A DNA stretch of 64,000 nucleotides from Spirochaetia bacterium (lineage in GTDB: Bacteria; Spirochaetota; Spirochaetia; SZUA-6; Bin103): contig CBDBDQ010000005.1 of NCBI GenBank assembly GCA_965203905.1, positions 7,040,001-7,104,000 of the forward strand, in the 5' to 3' direction. Shown in pieces: positions 57,590-64,000 of the stretch. Numbering within the stretch: the stretch's first letter is position 1; every line of letters starts with the position of its first letter. The position numbers and the translations under genes are program-made. A model generated the notes under the pieces. That model saw nothing but the letters and a program-made list of their open reading frames with translations. It had not been told where the DNA came from and made no database searches.

Positions 57590-58885
57590 ATGGAAAGCCG
57601 CGTCGACACCCAGGTATACCGCCAGCGCCGCGAGCGCCCCGACCTGCTCGGCGAGCAGTCACCTCAGGGAATGCGGGTCACCCAGATCAGTGCCGAGGCC
57701 GAGCACCCGCACAGCAACATCTACATGGAGGCGCGGGTGTTCACGCCCGACTCCAAGCGCTTCGTGTTCCAGCGTTTCCCCGACCCCGCCGACATCGATG
57801 CCCGCGGCAGCCGGCGCGAATACCTGCTGTGCGATGTCGAGGACGGCTACTCGTTCATCCAGTTGACCGACGAGGAGGGCGCCATCGGCCCGAGCGTGTC
57901 GCCGGACGGACGCTACCTGTACTACTTCATCGACCGCACCGTGGCCGGCGGCGGCTGGTGGGCGATCAAGCGCGTGGACCTCGACACCTTCCAGCGCGAG
58001 ACGCTCGCGAAGTTCGAACGCCCGCTGCCGGAGGCCGGCCGCCACCTGAGTAATCTCTACGTGCTCAGCAGCATCTCCTCCGACGGCGCCCGCCTGTGCA
58101 TGTCCGGCTACCTTGGCGACGGCCGCAGCCACAACGCACCGTGGGGCCTGGTGGTGTTCGACATCGAACGCGCCGCCGCCTCGCTGATCCTGGAGGGCCA
58201 GAGCTTCTGCAACACCCATCACCAGTACTCCCGCTCGACCGACCCGGCGGATAGCCACGACATCCTGGTTCAGGACAACCACGGCTGCGACATCGACGAG
58301 CTGGGCAACATCGTCACCCTCGCCGGCGGCAACGGCGCCGACGTGCACGTGATCCGCGACGACGGCAGCGACTTCCGCTGCTACGGATTCGGCCGCGACG
58401 GCGTCGAGCGGTGCCAGGGGCATCAGGCATGGCGCGGCGAGCAGACGTCGGTGGTGGCGAGCGTCGCCATCGAGGGTGAGGAGCGGTATCCGCTGCTGGA
58501 GGGTAGGCCGGTCCGTGCCGAGCCCGGGACCATGCACCACGGACGCCTGATTGCGGGGGCCACGCGCAACCGCATCAGCCGCTCGATGGAGCGCGAGGAT
58601 TCCTGCCACTTCGCCTTCGACCCGAGCGGAACCAGGTTCGTCTCCGACACCTTCGGCTACCGCGGCCGCAACGCGGAGTGCGTCATCTACGTCGGAACGC
58701 TGCCGGACGAGCCCGATGCGGGCCTGCAGACGCGTTACCTGCTCCACCCCCGCACCTCGTTCGGCCGCTCGCAGCACACCCACCCGCATCCGTTTCAGTC
58801 ACCGGACGGCAAGGTGGTGCTGTTCAACTCCGACGAATCGGGACTGCCGCAGGTCTACGCCGTCGAGGGCTTCGAGTACCCCTGA
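57590..58885 (+). CDS. Oligogalacturonate lyase (PL22)/TolB-like beta-propeller protein
   Basis: VTQI; IY.E..VFTPDSKR.VF; QLTD; HPHP..SPDG..VLFNSD..G..QVY. Confidence 0.65.
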   Translation: MESRVDTQVYRQRRERPDLLGEQSPQGMRVTQISAEAEHPHSNIYMEARVFTPDSKRFVFQRFPDPADIDARGSRREYLLCDVEDGYSFIQLTDEEGAIGPSVSPDGRYLYYFIDRTVAGGGWWAIKRVDLDTFQRETLAKFERPLPEAGRHLSNLYVLSSISSDGARLCMSGYLGDGRSHNAPWGLVVFDIERAAASLILEGQSFCNTHHQYSRSTDPADSHDILVQDNHGCDIDELGNIVTLAGGNGADVHVIRDDGSDFRCYGFGRDGVERCQGHQAWRGEQTSVVASVAIEGEERYPLLEGRPVRAEPGTMHHGRLIAGATRNRISRSMEREDSCHFAFDPSGTRFVSDTFGYRGRNAECVIYVGTLPDEPDAGLQTRYLLHPRTSFGRSQHTHPHPFQSPDGKVVLFNSDESGLPQVYAVEGFEYP

Positions 58886-58915
58886 GCGCCGACGGGACCC
58901 AGGTAGTCCGGGGCT

Positions 58916-59695
58916 CTATCCGGCGCGCAGCGTGATGCTGGTGCGGCCCTCCAGTCCGGCCACCACCCGGTACTGCCGCTCCCGCGGCTGACGGTCCGCG
59001 GGCACGTAGCGCACGTTCGGCGGAAAGTAAGCGTACAGCGCCGTGTGACGCGGACGGTCCGAGCGGTTGGGCCCCGACCCATGCACGATGTTGCTGTGGA
59101 ACAGCACCGCGCTGCCCGCCGCCAGCGGCACGTCGCGCAACTCCGAGACATCCACGTCGGTGCGGTCGGTCATCGCGGCCGCGCCGTCGCGGGCGATGTT
59201 GCCCCATTCGCCGACCGGCCAGCGGTGGCTGCCGGGGATCACCTGGATGCAGCCGTTCTCGCTGTCGCTGGCGGACAGGGCGATACTGACGGTCACCAGC
59301 GTGGGTGGTTCCAGCGGCCAGTAGGCGACGTCCTGGTGCAGCGCATGGCGGGAGCCATGACGGGCGGGCTTGAGCATCAGGGTGGAGCGGAACAGCAGCA
59401 GATCCGGCCCCAGCAGCTCCCGCACCACCTCCAGCACCCGCGGGTTGGCGCCCATGCCGGCGAACAGCTCCGAGATCCGGTCACTGCCTTCGATCTTGCG
59501 CAGCACCGGCCGCCCCTGCTCCGCACGCGTGTCGGTGAACGGCTCGAACTGAAACGCCGCCGCCTCCGGATCGGCGGCCGCCACCTGGTGCAGGCGTTCG
59601 ATCTCCGTCGCGGCAGCCGCCACCTCGTCGGGCCGCAGGACCTCGGGCAGGACCAGGTAGCCCTCTTCCTCGTACTGGCTCAGACTCACCCCCAC
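58916..59695 (-). CDS. PhyH family dioxygenase
   Basis: LHQDVAYW; ENGCIQVIPGSH; HGSGPN.S.RPR; GAGGAGG RBS. Confidence 0.92.
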   Translation of the reverse strand: MGVSLSQYEEEGYLVLPEVLRPDEVAAAATEIERLHQVAAADPEAAAFQFEPFTDTRAEQGRPVLRKIEGSDRISELFAGMGANPRVLEVVRELLGPDLLLFRSTLMLKPARHGSRHALHQDVAYWPLEPPTLVTVSIALSASDSENGCIQVIPGSHRWPVGEWGNIARDGAAAMTDRTDVDVSELRDVPLAAGSAVLFHSNIVHGSGPNRSDRPRHTALYAYFPPNVRYVPADRQPRERQYRVVAGLEGRTSITLRAG

Positions 59696-60009
59696 GGTCG
59701 ACCTCCTCGGCTCTACGAAGTCTATCTCGGGAACGGGCGACGTTTGTACCTTCTCGCGTTCGCCACGTTAATGCAGCAGCAACGCCCGGGCGCAAAGGGT
59801 CGAGCACGTGCGCCGTCAAGAGCCAAGAGCGCAAGCAGGCGATCCTTGATAAGATGGCGTCCGAGGCCGGCCGTATTGACCGTGATCGTCCAAGAGTTGG
59901 GCAAGGATCTCGCCTTCTTAGTCTGTCACTGTCACATCACCTTGGAGGGCTGCTGCTGCGGTGTGGTCCACGTTCCGCCCAGCCGGGACGGTGCTGATAG
60001 GATATGGCC

Positions 60010-61209
60010 ATGACCCGTGTCCCAGTGCCCCCCGAGATGCTTGGCTGGGCCTGTGAACGTGCCGGCATCGACGTGGAGCACCTTGCGAAGCGCATACCGC
60101 AGCTCCCGGCCTGGGTCCGGAGCGAGAGGCAGCCGACGCTGAAGCAGCTGGAGAAGCTGGCCAAACTCACCCATACGCCGCTTGGTTACCTGTTCCTCCC
60201 CGAGCCTCCCGGCGAGCGCCTACCGGTGCCGGACTATCGCACCGTGACTGACACTGCCCGAGGGGGCAGGCCGAGCCCTGATTTGCTCGACACGCTCTAC
60301 ACGATGCAACGCCGACAGGAGTGGCTGCGGGAGTCCCTCGTCGAGAACGACGTGGAACCACTTGCCTTCGTGGCAAGCGCCAGTCTTGCCGATGAGCCGG
60401 ACGTTGTAGGTCGCGAGATGCGACGGACTCTCGGCCTTGATGGGGGATGGGCGACGAAAGTCTCGTCTTGGCAAGTCGCAGTGAGCGAGTTGCGTCGCGA
60501 GATCGAGCAACTCGGCGTGATGGCGGTGATCAATGGTGTGGTGGGTAACAACACCTCTCGCCGACTGAGTGTGGAGGAGTTCCGCGGCTTTGCGCTCACG
60601 GATCCCTATTCGCCGCTGATCTTCGTGAACGGTGCGGACGCGAAGTCGGCGCAGATGTTCACGCTCGCTCACGAGTTGGCGCACGTATGGCTCGGCTCGG
60701 AGGGGGTCTCCGGCTTTGATGGTCTACACCCCGGCGGTACGGAGGTGGAGGACTGGTGCAACCGAACGGCGGCGGAGTTCCTCGCGCCCGCAGAGGAGAT
60801 CAGAGCGCGTTGGGCGATAGTCAGGCGGCGAGAGAGTCCCTTCGAGGCACTCGCACGGACGTTCAAAGTGAGCCCCGTGGTGGCCGCCCGCCGTGCTCTC
60901 GACCTGAATCTCGTTGAACGCAGCACCTTCTTCGACTTCTACAAGCGTTACGTGAAGCGGGATCGCGAGAGTGGCACCGAGCCGAGTGGGGGCGACTTCT
61001 ACAAGAACCAGAACACGCGTATCGGAGAGCTGTTTGCGACCCAGGTGGTGCGCGCGGCGATGGAGGGCCGCATAGGATTCAAGGAAGCCTATGACCTGAC
61101 AGGGCTGCGCGGAGGGACCTTTCAGAAGTACGCAGCCTCGCTGAACATCTGTTTCGATTGGACGGGAGACGGGCACGCAGGAGGGAGCACGCCACCCCCA
61201 TCACCTTGA
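60010..61209 (+). CDS. XRE-HTH-like + ImmA/IrrE (M78) metallopeptidase
   Basis: W..SE.QPT.KQL..LA; NGVVGNNT.R.L.VEEFRGFAL.D...PLIFVNGAD...AQ.FTLAHELAH; E.WCN..AAEFL. Confidence 0.88.
   Translation: MTRVPVPPEMLGWACERAGIDVEHLAKRIPQLPAWVRSERQPTLKQLEKLAKLTHTPLGYLFLPEPPGERLPVPDYRTVTDTARGGRPSPDLLDTLYTMQRRQEWLRESLVENDVEPLAFVASASLADEPDVVGREMRRTLGLDGGWATKVSSWQVAVSELRREIEQLGVMAVINGVVGNNTSRRLSVEEFRGFALTDPYSPLIFVNGADAKSAQMFTLAHELAHVWLGSEGVSGFDGLHPGGTEVEDWCNRTAAEFLAPAEEIRARWAIVRRRESPFEALARTFKVSPVVAARRALDLNLVERSTFFDFYKRYVKRDRESGTEPSGGDFYKNQNTRIGELFATQVVRAAMEGRIGFKEAYDLTGLRGGTFQKYAASLNICFDWTGDGHAGGSTPPPSP
61138..61209 (+). pseudogene. Possible last codons of a deleted DUF4411 (PIN-like) gene fused to the ImmA C-terminus
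   Basis: SLNICFDW tail resembles DUF4411 C-termini as I recall them; the usual downstream DUF4411 partner is absent. Confidence 0.4.
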
Positions 61210-61286
61210 TCACGTCGCACAGCGAGCCAATCCAGGCCACCAATTGGGGGACTTGCGCGGCTCCCGGCGTGGTATATCCTGGGCCC

Positions 61287-62114
61287 ATGGCGAGCCCGAT
61301 CCTGAAGGGCGAGCGGTTCTCTGCACAGGAGACCGCGCGCATCGGCGAACGCATCAGCCGCGACGGCTACTGCTCGCTGGGAACGGTGCTGGAGCCGGAA
61401 GAGGTCGCGGCGCTGCGCGAGGCGATGGAGCGCAAGCTGGCCGACCCCGCGATGCAGGAGGGTCAGCCCGGCGACCACCGCCGCGGCTTCTCGCTGATGC
61501 GCATGTTCGAGTACGACCACGCGTTCCGCGACCTGATCGTGCGCGAGCCGTTCGCCAGCCTGGCGGAGGCGATGCTGGGCGACGACTGCCACTGCATGTC
61601 GCAGAACGCGCTGTTCACCGACCCCAAGCCCGACGTGGTGGCGGACGGTCCCGGCGGCTGGCACGTCGACGACCTGGTGCAGTTCCCGTTGCCCCCGGAC
61701 GTCCCCCGCCACGACCCGCGCGTGCCGCTGCCCTGCCTCGCCTTGCAGCTGTTCACTCCGCTTACCTCGATCGAGACGGTGGAGTTCGGCCCGACGCAGG
61801 TGGTGCCGGGCAGCCACTACGCGGGACGCCGCCCGGCGGATCAGGATCGGCCGCACTTCGCCGGCAACGGTCCGGTGTCGATGCTGGCCCGGCCCGGCGA
61901 CGCCTACCTGTTCAACAACCAGGTGTGGCACCGCGGCGCTCCCAACGTGTCGCAGCGGCGCCGGCTGCTGGCGGGGGTCACCTACAGCCGCCGCTACGTC
62001 GCCCAGCGCTTCTATCCCTTCATCGACTACCGCATGCCGGAACACGTCTGGGAGGGCGCCGGGCCGCGCCTGCAACGCATGCTCGGGCGCCACCGCAAGG
62101 GCCCCTACGGCTGA
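61287..62114 (+). CDS. PhyH family dioxygenase
   Basis: WHVDD; GPTQVVPGSH; WHRG.PN.S...R. Confidence 0.9.
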   Translation: MASPILKGERFSAQETARIGERISRDGYCSLGTVLEPEEVAALREAMERKLADPAMQEGQPGDHRRGFSLMRMFEYDHAFRDLIVREPFASLAEAMLGDDCHCMSQNALFTDPKPDVVADGPGGWHVDDLVQFPLPPDVPRHDPRVPLPCLALQLFTPLTSIETVEFGPTQVVPGSHYAGRRPADQDRPHFAGNGPVSMLARPGDAYLFNNQVWHRGAPNVSQRRRLLAGVTYSRRYVAQRFYPFIDYRMPEHVWEGAGPRLQRMLGRHRKGPYG

Positions 62115-62239
62115 GCCCGGTTGCCGATTGCGGCGGCGCGGGTATCATGTGACCGGCTCAAGCGGCTCGGCCGGCGAGCGATGCGCGTCCGCCGCCCCTG
62201 CCGACTCATTCCAAACGCTCTCTCAAGGAGGAGTACCAC

Positions 62240-63499
62240 ATGACACGGGCATCCATCGTTCGACTTCTTACCGGCGCCGCGATCGCGCTGTGCGCCTGCG
62301 GCGTGCTGTATGCCGACGACGTGACCATCGAGGTGGTCGGCTGGGGATCCGGACAGGCGGTCGTCTACGAGACCTTCATGGAAGAGAACCCCGATATCAC
62401 CGTGACCGAGCAGATGCTGCCGTTCGGCGATCTGATCGTGTTCCTGAAGACGCGGTTCCTCGCCGGCGAGGCTCCCGACATCGTCCAACTCCAGCCCGGC
62501 AACCTGATCGAGTTCAAGGACAGCCTGCTGCCGCTCGACGACCTGATCGCGAGCGATCCAGAACTCGACCTGGACAAGTTCGTGCAGCCGGTTCTCGGCA
62601 CTACCATCGTCGACGGCGTGCTGCTGGGAATCCCCCAGCATCCCATGGTGAGCGGCATGATCTGGTACAACCAGGACGTCTTCGACCGCCTCGGCCTCGA
62701 GGTTCCCACCGACTACGACGAGCTGAAGCAGGTGGCACAGGCGTGCCGCGACGCCGGCCTGCTGCCGCTGATCGTGAATGCCGGCGACGCCTGGAATCGC
62801 CTGATCGTCACCGAGCAACTGTTCGCCTACTTTGCGCCGGGTAAGATGGCGCAGGCGGTGGCCGGCGACATCCCCTGGACCGATCCCGACCTGGTGGCCG
62901 GCATGGCGTTCTGGAAGACCATGGTCGACGACGGAGTATTTCAGGACGGCGTGATGGGCGCGGACTGGCAGACCTTCACGCCATTCGACGAGGGCAACGG
63001 CTGCATGGCGGTGCAAGGAAGCTGGGCCAAGGGAGGTCGCCTGATCGGCATTCGCGGCGAGGGCGTCATGGGGGTTTCACTGCCGATGCAGTTCCCTGAC
63101 CTGACCAACTCCGGCGCCGCCTGGATGCCCGCAATTTCGTCGGGCCACGCGTTCGCAATCAACAAGGACAGCCCCAACATCGACGCGGCATGGGAGGTAA
63201 TGAAACAGATCATTCGCCTCGGCGACCCGCTCGCGAACTACCCCGTGCTGATCCCGGTGTACGAGTCCGACATGGCGTCCCCGGTGCTGGCGAACGCCAC
63301 CAATGCCGAGCAGCTGGCCGCGGTGAAGGAGTTCGAGTTGGGCGCCTGGGAGATGCCCTACTTCCTGGACGACTGGTTGTACGCGGAGGTGCGTGACGCC
63401 ATCGCCGAGGCTGCCTCCGGCGTCGCTACCGGACAGGTCAGCGCAGAGGTCGCCATGCGGGAGGTCAATCGGGTCGCGCAGCGCGTTCTGCGGCGTTAA
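62240..63499 (+). CDS. Sugar ABC substrate-binding protein (family 1)
   Basis: Signal peptide; F..ENPDI.V; AGEAPDI; WYNQD.F..LGL..P....EL; AAGGAGG RBS. Confidence 0.9.
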   Translation: MTRASIVRLLTGAAIALCACGVLYADDVTIEVVGWGSGQAVVYETFMEENPDITVTEQMLPFGDLIVFLKTRFLAGEAPDIVQLQPGNLIEFKDSLLPLDDLIASDPELDLDKFVQPVLGTTIVDGVLLGIPQHPMVSGMIWYNQDVFDRLGLEVPTDYDELKQVAQACRDAGLLPLIVNAGDAWNRLIVTEQLFAYFAPGKMAQAVAGDIPWTDPDLVAGMAFWKTMVDDGVFQDGVMGADWQTFTPFDEGNGCMAVQGSWAKGGRLIGIRGEGVMGVSLPMQFPDLTNSGAAWMPAISSGHAFAINKDSPNIDAAWEVMKQIIRLGDPLANYPVLIPVYESDMASPVLANATNAEQLAAVKEFELGAWEMPYFLDDWLYAEVRDAIAEAASGVATGQVSAEVAMREVNRVAQRVLRR

Positions 63500-63543
63500 G
63501 GAGCGTGTCGGGTCCGCCCGACGACGTCCCGGCGCAGGACACC

Positions 63544-64000
63544 ATGGCCGTCTCGAGGTCGGCGCCGCTACGGCAGGGACGGCGCCCCAGAGTCAACTGG
63601 GGCGCCTACCTGTTCCTGCTTCCCGCGTTCGTCCTGTTCGCGGTGTTCGTAGCCTACCCGATCGGCTTCAACACCTACCTGAGCCTACACAACTGGAACG
63701 GGGTATCGGATGTCTGGGAGTGGGTGGGGCTGGAGCACTTCGGGCGGCTGCCCGAGGAGCGCACGATCCGGCTGTCGCTGCGCAACTCCGGCTTCTTCTT
63801 CGCCGGCCACCTGGTCAACATGGCGATCGCGCTGCTGCTCGCCGTGCTGCTCAACAACCGCATCCCCGGCCGCAACCTGGCGCGCACGCTGATCTTCGTG
63901 CCGTTCGTGGTGGCCGGGTCGATCGTCGCGGTAACCTGGCAGACGATCTACGACCCCAACACCGGGGCCCTCAACAACAGTCTGCGCCGGCTGGGGCTGG
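63544..64000 (+). CDS. Sugar ABC permease (partial; runs off the right edge; absent from the ORF track)
   Basis: AYLFLLPAFVLFAVFVAYP...WVGLEHF...RTLIFVP...IYDPNTGALN. Confidence 0.88.
   Translation, partial: MAVSRSAPLRQGRRPRVNWGAYLFLLPAFVLFAVFVAYPIGFNTYLSLHNWNGVSDVWEWVGLEHFGRLPEERTIRLSLRNSGFFFAGHLVNMAIALLLAVLLNNRIPGRNLARTLIFVPFVVAGSIVAVTWQTIYDPNTGALNNSLRRLGL

Noticed and set aside
1-64000. CRISPR array, tRNA/rRNA, integron attC array, IS transposase or prophage
   Set aside because: No regularly spaced repeats, RNA gene signatures, integrase, transposase or phage structural genes recognised by eye. A covariance-model search was not possible.

Overview
High-GC bacterial chromosome segment with no rRNA, tRNA, CRISPR array, integrase or transposase that I could recognise. 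The backbone is catabolic and transport genes: two Opp/Dpp-type ABC operons, and one each of NitT/TauT, Liv, Lpl-type sugar, ABC-2 and a further sugar ABC operon. It also carries a GH172, two paralogous beta-propeller hydrolases, a BNR sialidase-like protein, a sulfatase, three PhyH dioxygenases, an S9 peptidase and a PL22/Ogl-like protein. The SBP signal-peptide style and the PhyH/TPR/ABC richness resemble host-associated Spirochaetaceae such as sponge symbionts (inference only). Small 1-2 gene conflict cassettes sit between the operons. The main pattern is that in five cassettes the toxic effector has been cut down by deletion while its antitoxin or regulatory partner stays essentially full length: HigB, HicA, HEPN, a PtuB-like HNH and probably DUF4411/PIN. 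Three further cassettes carry point, frameshift or deletion lesions. The best candidate for an uncharacterised system is a translationally coupled pair of a P-loop ATPase and an ATPase-wHTH-TPR protein (610-4058), bracketed by a roughly 78-bp imperfect direct repeat. Family assignments come from motif recognition, not database searches.
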